Positions 41,401-54,435 of a stretch of 64,000 nt of DNA are shown here, piece after piece; within the stretch, counting starts at the first letter, position 1; every line of letters begins with the position of its first letter. The DNA lies in the NCBI RefSeq assembly GCF_006345805.1, contig NC_042997.1, positions 47,740,001 through 47,804,000 on the forward strand, given 5' to 3'. Origin of the DNA: Octopus sinensis (lineage: Eukaryota). The notes beneath the pieces were generated by a model that saw only the letters and a program-made list of their open reading frames with translations, made no database searches and was not told the DNA's origin. The translations under genes were made by a program, and so were the position numbers.

Positions 41401-41667
41401 ATATGTATATATATGTGTGTATGTACGTATGTATGTCTCTGTGTGTATTTATGTATATATTATATATATATATATATACATATATTTATATATGGCGAAT
41501 GAAATACAAGAATTTATTGTTAATCACGACGATCGTTTCGACATATCTAGCAATTGAAAACACCAATTACGGTCGAATTGTAATAGTAGAAATACTCATG
41601 ATATAGCTAACACGTAACAACGTCGGTAAATGGAGTCGGAACTGCCTTATATACAAATAAATACGAT

Positions 41668-42580
41668 AAATGCTCATGCAGGGAAAATCAAAATGCCCTT
41701 TGATGAAACTCTGTATGAGAACAAATCTTGTATACACATGTACCGTCCACGCAAGGGGTGTGAGGTCGTATGTTTACATTGGGCAAAAGCTGACTCCTTT
41801 AAGAATCGTTATCGTAAACACATCACCAGGCCTAAGATAATGAACAAGGGTCATTCAACATCTTTGACCGATGCTGTATGGCGACTGAAGAAATAAGTAC
41901 AGCATAAGCTGGTCCATAATAAGACATGCGAAACCATACAATATAATTTCTGGGAGATGTCATCTCTGCTCGGAAGAACCCCTATCTATTCTGTCCGACT
42001 AATGAGAAGATCATTAATAGAATTTCTGTAAATATCTCGATATGCCTACACGCATAATAATGTACGTTTGCACAATGCAGTAAGAATGAATTTTGAGTAA
42101 CTGTTAACGATTTATATTAGGGTATGGATGAATTAGGTTTACTTTTAACCTCCACATTCTTATAAACACCAAGTAGCTATTTAGCTCGCTTTGTGATCGT
42201 GAGTGTATCAACCGTAACAGATGCGTATGCTCACATTTTCGCGGATGCTAATATGAGCGTGTGTACACGTGTTATGCAGCTTATGTGATAGCGTTTATAC
42301 CTACATATTTGTTAACGGTTATTTTTAATATTTGTCTCTCTAAATTGCCTGTTCGTTTCCTTTTCTATATGTTATAATACTTTAGACGTGTGTAAACGAA
42401 GATATTTCGTCCATAGTGCTGCTTTCCTTTCCACAAAATGAAGAGTTGCATCTGCACCGCCGGATGCTCCTGAACCTGTTGTTGAATGCTCCACCCGTGA
42501 GGGAATGATGCTAGATGTATCGAAACAATTGTCGTGACTAATAATAAATACTCGTATATTCCATCTTCCGTCTTTCAATG
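41668..42580 (+). mobile_element. Penelope-like element relic: GIY-YIG endonuclease fragment plus downstream terminal repeat
   Basis: KCSCRE..KCPLMKLCMRTNLVYTCTV..YVYIGQ/ADSFKNRYRKH..HSTSLTDAVWRLK..YSISWSIIRHAKPYNIISGRCHLCSEE. A degenerate hammerhead lies at 42492-42536. Confidence 0.8.
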
Positions 42581-42700
42581 GGCATATCATTGTGAAAGTG
42601 ACCGTGCTTAACCAGTAAACTACCAGGTTTAAACCATTCGTTTTATTATCCAATATATGTATGTATATATGTATGTATGTAAATGTATGCCTATCACTCT

Positions 42701-42743
<43 letters not shown>

Positions 42744-42750
42744 ATATATA

Positions 42751-42798
<48 letters not shown>

Positions 42799-44679
42799 TA
42801 TACGTTTATATATTCGTTTAGCAAGATTCTGGATATGAATTTGTATTGAAACAAATATTGTTGTATTTGGGGATGGTCATGTTGTCAGATTAGCCATTAA
42901 AAACACACGCACTATATATTTGTGTTCACTTGCTTCAGCTTTATTTTATATTAATTGTATTTCGGCCAGAGTTCTTTCGTCACACTTCTGCGACCTCGTC
43001 AGTGGTCCTTTAGTCCTTTATATATGTAGTAAACAAATAATTGTAATGAATTCTACTGGTGTTGAACGCATGTAGAATTTTCATACCATGTCAGGCCTAT
43101 GAAAGCATTATTGGGGATCATGGTGTGATACTTGTATTTTGGTTATTATCTGAAAAGCACCCGAAGAAACACAGAGCTCTTTGTCATAAAGTATGCTGGT
43201 TAATTATATAACATTCGATATCTTTTCGTTTGATAAGTATATTTATCAGTTATATCTCTTTGCTGCTTCATGCAGTGTCTCGAATGAAAATATGTGTATG
43301 ATTATGTCTTGAGACTGTTGTTCAATTGTACATTTTGAACTAAAACTAAACTGATATTAATAACACGTTACCGTGTTTTAAATAATTTGCCTAAATAGAA
43401 ATACCGATCACTGCTCATGCATACAAAACTTCTTGTTGGATGTAAATTGAGATTACATGTTTTGTAACTTAGATCAGCACAGAACTGGAAAGATAAACTT
43501 TAAAATACCCTAAATAATTTCTTGGTATCTACAATTTATTTGCACACAATAATACGGTATAACCACCGAATTAATTTCAATAGAGAAGCATTTTGATGTG
43601 TTTAGAAAAACATAGCTATTTCAAAGAGATTAGGAATTTCGTATTCATTTTATAAATATATTACTTGAATATGGTAATACAATATATGTTTAGCTTTTAC
43701 AAACACGGAGCTTGCATGTCTTCCAAATTGGAACACAGACCTATATTTATGGAGAGTGCACATTTCCTTCAAAATGCCTAAAATTTAATGAAAGCATCAG
43801 ATGATACTATAAGGTTCGCTGTGATGATGGCCAATCATAAGATTCAATCTAAATGTTGAAAATCATAGTAAAACTAAGTTGGAACCAAATTCACTGAACA
43901 ATGGCAGTCATATAAATAAGGCCTGGCATTTACACTGTGGTTGTTCCGATTCTGAAATGCAACACGTTTTCTAAATTTCAGTACGCTAAATCATAATTTC
44001 TTCCCAATAATCTAAAAGAATAACACTGCAATAGAAATACACCATCGAAAGAATCTATGTTATAATATTAAGCGAGTAGTATTATCTACTCAGAATTGTT
44101 GTTCAGTAAAGTTGCCCCTAGCGTACAACAGAGAGAGGCAAATATCATAAAACATTGTCCGGAAGTAAGCTGTCTCGAACGTCTTCACTGATCTATTAAT
44201 CAATAAAATACTTGGTGTTTTTGACAATATTTATATTTGAATACATAAAAAAAATCCAAATAGCTCCAAATATCACCACGGCTGTTTACATTACTGAAAT
44301 GAAAATAAAGTATATGATTCTACAAAAAAAAATATAAACTAGATGTGTGTAAAGCTGAAGAACACGTTTTCAATAGTATCAGTTGGAATTCTGATACAGG
44401 AATATTATGGTTAGCTAAAGGTATAAGAACAGCTATTTAGCAAAGGCCTATCATAAATATCAGTTACTATTAATGAATTGAGTGACGTTTATTACAGAGC
44501 TAAGCAAGTATATATGTCTAAATAAATTGATTGGACGATAAAACTGCTTATCTTAGAATTGTATGCGTGGTATATTTTTGAATAAAAAAAAGGTGTGTAT
44601 TGCTGCAGACAACAACAACAACAGCATCAACAATAATAATAACAACAACATCAACAACAATAAAAGTCCTTTCTAATAA

Positions 44680-44780
44680 AAAGAATGAAAGGCAAAACCG
44701 ACATTCCAAGAGTTTGAATTCGTAACATAAAAACGGAAGATATGCCGCTAAGCATTTTCTCTGTTGTGCTAATAATTATG
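44680..44780 (-). mobile_element. SINE family A 5' fragment
   Basis: Contains gaatgaaaggcaaaaccgac...gagtttgaattcgtaac...ccgctaagcatttt...gtgctaa. Confidence 0.6.
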
Positions 44781-44796
44781 CCATCTCTCCAGACCA

Positions 44797-44805
44797 GTGA
44801 TAATG

Positions 44806-44869
<64 letters not shown>

Positions 44870-44937
44870 TAACAACAACAGCAACAACAAAAATGACAAC
44901 AATAATATCAATAATAATAACAACAACAACAATAATA

Positions 44938-44982
<45 letters not shown>

Positions 44983-45040
44983 TAATAATAATAATAACAG
45001 CAACAACAACAACAACAACAACAGCAGCAACAACAAAGGC
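44797..45040. repeat. (AAT)n/(AAC)n microsatellite
   Basis: Directly visible. Confidence 0.95.
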
Positions 45041-45093
45041 AACGGATAACGATTCAATGCAGAAATGAAAGAGTTGAAAGGAAGGGATACTAT

Positions 45094-45720
45094 AGATAAC
45101 TTAGCTTGATACTGAAAACCGATCTCAATGCGGAAAAGAAGATAATAGGTATTAGTACTGTAGCCATCGCAGGTATAAGTCACAAGATTCTTAACTGGAC
45201 AATAAATGAACTAACCAAACTAAACAGGAATGAAAGAAAACTAATAACAGAATTCAGAATACTCTACCCAAAATCTTACATACAAAGGTTATATTGAAAG
45301 CGAGTTGAATGGAGGTAGGTGCCTTATACAATCTGAAAACTACTATGCAATATTCACCATAGGATTGCAGAAATATTTAACTCAAAATCAAAGAAAACTG
45401 GTGCAAATAGCCAAAGAGCATGCGCGAAAAGAAAAACTGTTTTCCGTAGTGAAGGAAGCCGAAAAACACAAGAAAGAAGTCATAATACCTGACAACTATG
45501 AAGAAAAAGAAGGAACAACAAAAGCCGTAGAGCAACTAATGTCTAAGCTAAAATTTGAACTACAAATTGTAGAAAAGCCCTTTCATGGGATAAGCTGAAC
45601 AGAAAAGAAATAGACAAAATATAATCCTAACACTGGTTGAGAAACTAAGACACAAAGCATATTAGACACTTCAAAGTGTGAAGAAGACTTGTTTTTGACT
45701 TTTCATTCCTTCAACAAAGA
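45094..45720 (+). mobile_element. R4/Dong-like non-LTR retrotransposon fragment (region C-terminal to RT)
   Basis: LILKTDLNAEKKIIGISTVA..ILNWTINELTKLNRNERKLITEFRILYPKSYIQRLY..GGRCLIQSENYY..IGLQKYL matches the R4-clade 'N...K..AIN..A...INW..EL..DRK.RK.......H.K....RLY..R..GGRGL' pattern. Confidence 0.8.
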
Positions 45721-47165
45721 AGCTTCAGTCCGAGATGTTCTTGTTGAAATTAAGTGTTCCATAAAAAGAAAATAAATAAACTCACAGGTATGCCACACAA
45801 AGCGTGAAAATGATCTCCAGAAGTGTATATCTGTACACCTGGATCTGACAGAGAGACTGTTCAGTTGTCTAACATGATTGTAGAGTATATATAAACTTAA
45901 TCACTGCCTTCCTTTTCTCCATAGCTACTCTGAAAACCTGTGTCAACATGCTTATGTAGACACCATCTTATTCTTCAAACGGTGTGAAAGTAAAAACCGA
46001 CACATGCAAGCATACTTACATGCATACATCTACAAATCGAGAGCGAAGCCGAGTCTCTTTTGTCATTAAAGAAAACTCCTTAAGTTGCACGCTCTTTCGA
46101 AAATACCTTTGCCGTTCCCTTCAAGCTTCCTTTGCAGGAATCGATCTATTAATGGTCCCACTGAACAGCAGCCGTATCAATATTATTAGTATCACCCGAC
46201 GTAGGAAGAACATGTACAAACCATAAAACTATCACTTTTATAGAGATGGTATATGTTTACGAACATTGTTATGAAAATATATAAAGTATACTACAAATAT
46301 TTGGGATTGTATATTTGTATGATAAACGTTGTGCATCAAGAAGTAAAATCCATGTGATCATAGTCTATGGAATATATTGATTCCTGTTTTTATGCAGTTC
46401 ATTACTTATTTAATACGCCATGACGTAAACGTCGCAAAATCTCGTTCTTCCCATCGGATTTTTATGCTATTTGCTCTAAAACAGAAATCGTTATTAACAT
46501 TCTGCCCTTGTCGTTGATGTTATTGCATTTACTGCTGCTGAAGTCGCAGCTGAGTCTGTTTTTGCTAAAATTTAGCTGTATATTGTTGCTGTATTTAGCT
46601 GAAAGTAGCATTTATGCAAAATATGAACTCTAGCCACGAATTCATTATTTCATTCTAAGTGAATATTATCCAACATGACCTTGAATGATTTGGCCATCAC
46701 TGTGTTGTTTGAGATGCTAATTCTGTGAGGACAAATCACGATGGAAGACAGATGTTCCATTGACGTCTCATTAAACATTGTGGTTTCAAGGTGTTCGATA
46801 TGATATGAAAAAATAAACTAAGCGTCACCAAATTTACTTATATCAGTAATGTAATCGGTAAAACTAGCAACCTCTTAGCTAAACATTTACTTCCGAAGGA
46901 GCTGAGACATCATGTCTAAATAACGAATAAATATTCAGCTTATTTATTAAATATTCGTGGACAAACTTCCAATACTTGCCATCTTTGTTTGCTGATTACT
47001 TGATAATCCTGATGCTAAAGAAAAGGATTATTCCAAATACAGCAATCAGATCTTAATCTGCAAACAAATGTTCATAAACTGCTTTTAATGCCAGTTGTAT
47101 AAATTTAATCTAGTATTTGCAAGAAATTAATCTCTTACGATCACATTCTGATTTTCTAATGATAG

Positions 47166-47351
47166 TTCCACCGATATTTACGAGATAACAATAAGAACTG
47201 CATTGCAATTGACACTGGGAAACAACAAGGAAAGCAAACATTTGTATTTGGTATCTCATACACAACATATGGCACCTTAAACAATTGGCAGTGGGGATCA
47301 ATACAGTTAATAGCGAATCAAACACTTTACAGATGGTCTGGACAGTATACG
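47166..47351 (+). CDS. Candidate coding exon, possibly C-type-lectin-like extracellular domain
   Basis: ttttctaatgatAG| then an open frame FHRYLRDNNKNCIAIDTGKQQGKQTFVFGISYTTYGTLNNWQWGSIQLIANQTLYRWSGQYT. The donor is uncertain (acg|gtttgt at 47351 or cact|gtatga further on). Confidence 0.4.
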
Positions 47352-47855
47352 GTTTGTTCTGACCCCGTGCACTGTATGATTGCGCGCGCTTATGTAATAT
47401 GTGTGAGTGAGCGGGTATGTGTGGTGTGTGTGTGTGTGTGGTGTGTGTGTGTGTGTGTGTGTTTGTATTTGTCTGAGTTTAGGTAGAGTATAGTCAAACT
47501 GCAGAAGAATCTTGTATGCAGCCACTTGGTTGCGGGATTATTTCCACTGCGTGGCATCTATCATTTTGGACATCTATAATTTCGTAAAGCATTGGTTCTG
47601 TTATATAACTAGAGTGAAATTGGGAAACAGAAACTACATAGAAACCGATCGGGTAGATTGCACTTTTACTTCAAAAGACGTACAGTTTTGTAACATACTC
47701 TATCAAGCCAACTCTGCTAGAGAATGATGTCATACTTCCCTGAAATACTCGACCATAGGTACTCTTAATTCAGAAGAAGGTAACTCATTTGCTTGCATGA
47801 TAGAACAATACAATCTTCATGGCCGATCGAACAATATAATATAATATTATATATG

Positions 47856-48279
47856 TCTAAATATGGCTAACCACTAAGGGTGGATGTTAATGTAGCTTGT
47901 AGCCCCAATATGGTTAGCCATATTTAGATGACAAATATACTTCACATTGTCATGCAGTTAGTGTCTATACCTCGTTCAGAGATTTATTATTGCTTGTTTA
48001 CACTTTTTCAAGATCAGTGACGAAAAGTCACTGGAAAAAGGATATAGGTATTTGCATTGGGACCCTTCCATTGAAAACCGGTGATTGTCGTGCACTGATG
48101 ACGTATCAGTCCGTGCGTATCACTTATGTTAACGAGGGAAGGATGACCTCCCTTTGCAAATGCCGATAGGGCACAGGAAGTGTGTCAATAGCCAGCTGGA
48201 GGAGATGTTCTCCTGGGGCTACAAGCTACAGTAACATCCACCCTTAGTGGTTAGCCATATTTAGATGGCAAATATACTT

Positions 48280-48281
<2 letters not shown>
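47856..48281 (+). mobile_element. Penelope-like terminal-repeat relic with inverted 5' copy (same family as 7660-8270)
   Basis: 47856-47907 is the reverse complement of 48214-48265. The body aligns with 7900-8266, and a CTGATGA core lies at 48095. Confidence 0.65.
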
Positions 48282-48364
<83 letters not shown>

Positions 48365-48528
48365 AATACATCCAGAGATAGAAGGGAATAACGACAGCAG
48401 TTATGCCGTAGACGTTACATAGTTATAGACGTGAATGCTGACAATTCTGAAAGCTGGCAACTGTATACATATAATATGCACTTAATAAGCGTGGACCATA
48501 TTTCCTCCAATTATTATTAATAAATCTG

Positions 48529-48748
48529 AGGGCGACAGCAAGAGGTCTGACTCGTTAGCACGACGAGCAAAATGCTTAGAGGAATTTCCTCCGTTTTTAC
48601 GTTGCAAGATCAGATTCCAACGAGGTCCAATTTGCCTTTCATCCTATCGGAGTCGTAAAATAAGTACCATTTGAACACTGGGATCGATGTAATCGAATTA
48701 CCTCCTCCCAATATTGTTGGCGTCCTGCCAAAATTTCAAACCGGTATT
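48529..48748 (+). mobile_element. SINE family A, old copy
   Basis: Contains cgttagcacg...aaatgcttag...ttgcctttcatcctatcggagtcg...aataagtacc...gatcgatgtaatcga. Confidence 0.75.
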
Positions 48749-49449
48749 AGAAATAAATTTAATGTGATTTTAAAATTATGTTAAAAACGGGAGAGTAAGA
48801 TTTCTCATGAGTATATTCTTCTATATTTTTAAATATGTCTGTGTGCATGCGTGGGTATGTGTGATTGTACTTGTATGTAAGTGATACATGTGTGTAAAAA
48901 TATGAGTAGTGTTTGATTTAAACATCAATTTTTAAGTCTTAGACTGAGATTTTATTAACAAAGTTTCAAAGTTATAGTCCCTTTGGTATTTAGCTGAATG
49001 CATAGGTGTCATTATTTCTCTATTAGTGTGAGCTAATTAAACTTATATCATTACTTTGATTCTTACCTGTGGTAACAACTAAATACACTCTGAAAACGCA
49101 CATTCAAGCCCACACTCATAGAAATACCTTTCTATTTATACTACTGTGGATAATTTATCTTCGTTAGAACACAATTTACGATATCTTGGCAAACGAGATA
49201 AAAAGTAGATTGAAAACATTCGTATGATATTTTCAGATATTTGGTTTAATTAAATTAAATCGAAATGTATAGATCAGCTTCCAGACTTAGTAGGCTGTAA
49301 ATGTGGTCTAATTTCTTTGTAGTTATTTGCGTTGGTACAAGGTGAAACTTTTAAATAATAATTTGATCGGGGTTTGGAGTACAGTGCTGTAGGACCCGGT
49401 ATCTTTTCCTCATTACACACACACGCACGCGCACAGACAGATATATATA

Positions 49450-49504
<55 letters not shown>

Positions 49505-50074
49505 ACACAAGCACACGCATAGACACACACGCATGCACACAGTCATACGTTCTTATGATGCCCTTTTGTAGAGTACCTCTATAAGGAATGGCTGTGATAT
49601 CTTCGAGCTGGTGAACTTGACGGTCATGTTGGTCAGCAATTTTGTTAATTTCATCTAACCATAACCAAAGTGAGAATTAAATTTATACTTATCTCTCTAT
49701 CTAGAACGAATGTAACATCCATGTGAAGTGTAACACAACACATATAACAACAGCAATAGTCTTTGATGCTTGTCTTTGCTCGGGGTTTAGAATATATCAG
49801 AAAAATACATTATATTCGGGATAATTTGATTATTTACTATGTCTCCTTCAGATACCAATTGATGGATTATTGGGCAGTCGATGGTATCGGTGAGCATAAA
49901 ACTGCAAGTTGTAGTTGTGTAAATGTAAGCTGAGATGGAAGTGTGGAAGCCCTCTGAATATTAAAAAATGTTCCTGACTGCCATAATGATTCGCGCCGTA
50001 TGTCTGAATGCCGACATCATGGCTATTTCCCAATCCTCTGTGAACGCTGGGTGATTACAATGGAGACTACGAAG

Positions 50075-50490
50075 CCGCGGCCAGCAGGAGAGTCATGGTC
50101 TTTCGGTTTGTCTGCATTGTGTGACGTCATACCACCCATTTTTGTGCAGGGTCTTGTCTCATTTCAGATGGTTACGTAAAGCTGGGGAGACTGCGGTCAC
50201 ACCATGACTGAGGCGAGATACTACTGGAAGATCATACGCGAAGCAGCTGGATTCGGTTCCTGCCGTATGTCCGAAAAGAAGTAGAAGTAGTTTTCGACAA
50301 CTTACACGACTCCTCCAGCCCCGATTTCTGGCGTTCTAAGGACCATGATTGTAAGATTACTATGTTCGGAACGCGGTTGTGAAAGACAGCAAGCGCACTG
50401 TGTGTAAGAACAATGTCTGCTGGTGGCCAAGATGAAGAGGTATTCGAAGCTCTTCCCGCAGCTCATTTGTGAAAATTGTTATCTCTATGA
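50075..50490 (+). pseudogene. Tc1/maT-like transposase relic (catalytic region)
   Basis: VMVFG..DVIPP..DGYVKL..QLDSVP..SSPDFW..DC..DYYV.NAV.KD, with frameshifts. Confidence 0.65.
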
Positions 50491-50496
50491 CAAAAT

Positions 50497-50735
50497 TTAG
50501 TTTATATTTTTGATCTTTTTATTAAACTTATTCAACTCATTCAACTCCTTCCGAATTCTCTGCACTTTCCGTAGATCGATACCTAAACACGCTGAGATGT
50601 TCGATTTGGAGCTTCCGGTGCGAATGCCAAGCAGTACAGCATGTCGTTTCCGAGTTTCTGGCAGAGTGAATTGCGTCATGGTGTTGTTTTTCTCACAGAC
50701 GGTACTCAACCGACCTTACTATACTGAGTAGTCGA
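50497..50735 (-). pseudogene. Tc1/maT-like transposase N-terminus relic
   Basis: MTQFTLPETRKRHAVLLGIRTGSSKSNISACLGIDLRKVQRIRKEL is an HTH-type transposase start. Confidence 0.65.
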
Positions 50736-51344
50736 CAAAATCAAAAACAAACAAAATGCATGTGCGAAATTAAGAATGTAGAATAGCGACAATTTACCCA
50801 TCACACACTTGATATACATGCATGCATGCATGCATACATGCATACATGCGTACATACATACATACATACATACATACATACATACATACATACATACATA
50901 CATACATACTCAGTTGTTGTTGAAATTCAAATGAAGGAGCTTTTCATCTAGGCTTGAATCCTACTTTTTGCCTATTGGCAAGAAATCTTGAAATAAAAGT
51001 AAATAATGACATATACATACATACATACATACATACATACATAATTATAACATGCAATGTGGCAGGGTGTTCCGGAGTTTTTATAGCATATATTTTTGCA
51101 TGGGTCTTTGCTAGACCGTTTCCCGATATTCTTTCGTTACTGAGGATCTAAAATACTCAACTAATTCTGTGAGAAAAGAGACGAAGTGACACGAAACCGA
51201 ATTATTGCCCGACATACAGTGAAAAAACACGAATTGTATGCCAGAGATGTAAAATATACAAGCTGATACTTCTATCTATCTACCTATGTAAGTATCTAAC
51301 AGGATGCTCTCTAAGTCTATCTATCTATCTATCTATATATATAT

Positions 51345-51390
<46 letters not shown>

Positions 51391-52601
51391 ATTTAAATAT
51401 CTATCTATCTATGTGTGTGTGTTTGTATATGTATGTTTCTGTGTTTGTAAGTGTGCGTAAAATAACTGAGAGTAAGAGAGATAGCGAGATTTATAGAGTA
51501 CACACAGATACACGTGAGTGTGCTTGTGATTAGTAGTGGATGTGTTCATCCTGGTGTGTTTATGAATGATTATTTGTTATAGAAAAAAAGAAGAAAACCC
51601 ATGTTATTAATGGGGGCAACGAATGGCCAATAACAATATATTGAAAAGCTCTATTTACATTTAGGTCTGTAAGTTATGAGAGATGGTGCCAATATCTACA
51701 GCTTTCCCAAATGTGCAAGCACGAATTTTTCCAATCGACTTCTGAACACATCCGGCAGTGGTTCAGAAAGCTGATCTTCCGTTTCGAATTAAGGCACGCA
51801 CAGGATAAAACGTATTTCAAGTTTTCTGCGAATTATATACTTTTATCATCTTTATTTATTTCTTTTGGCAGGTAGGCTATAGCTGTAGGTGAATATATTG
51901 AGAATCTTTAGAAATATGTAGTTTACTTTAGAAGATTGCTTCTTTACACACACGCTCGGCGGTTCACGCGCACGTATGTAAACATATATGTGCGTGTGTG
52001 TATATGTATGTATGTATGTATTTATATTTACGCAGCCATTTGTATTTGAGTTTTGTAAATCTTCAGCAACAAATAATGTAGAATATTGGCGCAAAGTTTG
52101 ATCACTAAAACTGCTAGATGCAGCGGCTATCTTTTTAATCTTTCTGCGTTTTTCCTAGATAATGCACTAACATTTCACATCGGAAGGAAACTCTGGATAA
52201 TTTCATTCCACAAAATATGAATATATATACTTTTATTTAGTTTATATATTTTATGAACTTTGTGAACTTCGTGACGCAGCAGAGAACCAAACTATTTACT
52301 TGAAGACATTTAATTTGATCTTCTTTGCTTTTTGCTTTTGTAAATATATTGCTGCTATCGCTGTTATTTAAACCTTGGCCATCCTGATCAAATAACTCTC
52401 TTTGTACTATATACCCCATTGAAGGCATGGGGTATATATTTACAGCTTTAGATTTTAAAATAGTTTGTGATTTGAAGGAGATATGGCTTCTGAATAGCAA
52501 ACGTCTGCGGAGATGCGCCATCGTTGGTTTATTTATTCTAGTCATGTATCTCAACAAACGTTCGAAGGTTATACTGTTTTTAGATCTACAACATCTTAAT
52601 A

Positions 52602-52820
52602 CTAACCCTTTCTGCTATAGGCAGAAGGCCTGAAACTTGGGGCAGGAGATAAGTCGATCGCATCGACTTCAATCCGTAACTGGTACTTATGCAATAGGCT
52701 TCAAAAGAATGAAAAGCAAAGTCGACCCTGGCGGAATTTGAACTCAGTATGTAGCGACAAGCTACAGGCCAATAAGTATTTCGCTCAGCGAGCTAACGAT
52801 TCTACGATCTCGCTGCCTTA
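52602..52820 (-). mobile_element. SINE family A
   Basis: Contains gtaactggtactt...atgaaaagcaaagtcgaccctggcggaatttgaactcag...gctaacgattct...ctcgctgcc. Confidence 0.8.
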
Positions 52821-53405
52821 CATCGCCCTACTAATAATATCATAAAAATATTGATTACAATATTGAATATTTTACAACAAACTAAAAGACCGTGTTGTGT
52901 AAATGACGTATCTTTTGAGGGTGCAGAGTTAGAGTATAATGAACTGTGAAAATAAGTCAAGGAGGGAACATCTACATTGTCAGTACACCGACAATAGATG
53001 AAATCAAACTTCCCTCATAATCATAGAAATATGACACACACATAATGCTTTTAATGTAAATCTTGAAAAAAAAAATGATAAAAGGGAAAGAGATGTGATG
53101 TTCATGAATGCAATCTTGTTCGGCCATAATTGTACGCAACGAAGAATGACTTTTACAAAACAGTCAGCAACAAATATAAAAATTCGAAACGAACAGGAAA
53201 TAAATATCATTAGTTCCACCATGAGCACCATTCTGTTAATGTACCTCACATGAAATATTACTCGGTATTTAGAATTTATGCCTGTATTTTTCATTACATA
53301 AATCAAATAGGTAGACGTTCTATTTAAATAAACTCGTATACATAAATAAAACTTGCGTTATTTGTTTCAGTTACGAAATAATTTACACTACTCATTCCTA
53401 TGCAG

Positions 53406-53485
53406 AAAACCATTCCATGCTTAATCGCCCCATCTACAACTATCTTATATGATGTCATTCCTGCAATTAAGAGACCAAACAGTAG
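53406..53485 (+). CDS. Candidate 80-nt internal exon (KTIPCLIAPSTTILYDVIPAIKRPNS)
   Basis: ctcattcctatgcAG| acceptor and perfect AG|GTAAGT donor; one frame is open. Confidence 0.3.
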
Positions 53486-54401
53486 GTAAGTTTAGAGAAG
53501 TTTGCCGATATTTCAAACAGCTCTAGAGAATATATGTAATATTCGCTTGTCCACTCCTTCGAAGGGGATAAGAATTTTAATTGGCTTATATAGGTTTCGA
53601 TTAAAAGAATCTGCCATGCATACTGTTTCTGCTATGCACATCGAGTTCTCTTTCCAGTTGTTCATTAACATTCCGTCATGACCGCAAAAGATTGGTAGAA
53701 AGATTTGAAAATTTGTAGGTCTTTAAAATAATGTAGCCCCACAAATAGTACGAAAATCTCACGACTGTAGCAAGTGGATGACTCTGGATTTGCACTCTGC
53801 TTTTAGTATTTGACTAAACTTTAGGAGGTATATTATATAGTTTTATACCAAGATCACGCTATTTGGCCATACTTTTCCACCTGTTTTTCCTTCTTAATTT
53901 ATTTCTCATAAATATTTAAACGTCTAAATTTATCCTCCATTTTTTTGTATTAATCAGCCTTCATTAGTGCATACTTTGTTTTCCAGATGTCATTGTCCCG
54001 ATTTGATAAAAACAATTCTATATCGATGTGACTAACGTCTTGAATAAAGCGACTATATATACTTCAAAGAAATTTCCATTCCTACAATTTCAGCGTATAT
54101 ATACAAGTGTGTGCGTTTGTACGTGTATCAGCTCATCTGTAAACGTTCAAATTATGTAGACCCCCAACATGCATATATATTCATTTATATGCAAATGCTC
54201 AGATTACGTAGACCCCAGAATCTAATTTCACTAATGGAAGCATTTATAATTTTAGGAATCGCTATTTCTTTGAAGATTATAAAGTTGCTATATACAAGAC
54301 GTTAGTCACTTTGATATACATATACAACATGTGTACGTGTGTATATATACTTATGTATGCACATACACACACGTACACATATATATGCATATATATACAT
54401 G

Positions 54402-54435
<34 letters not shown>

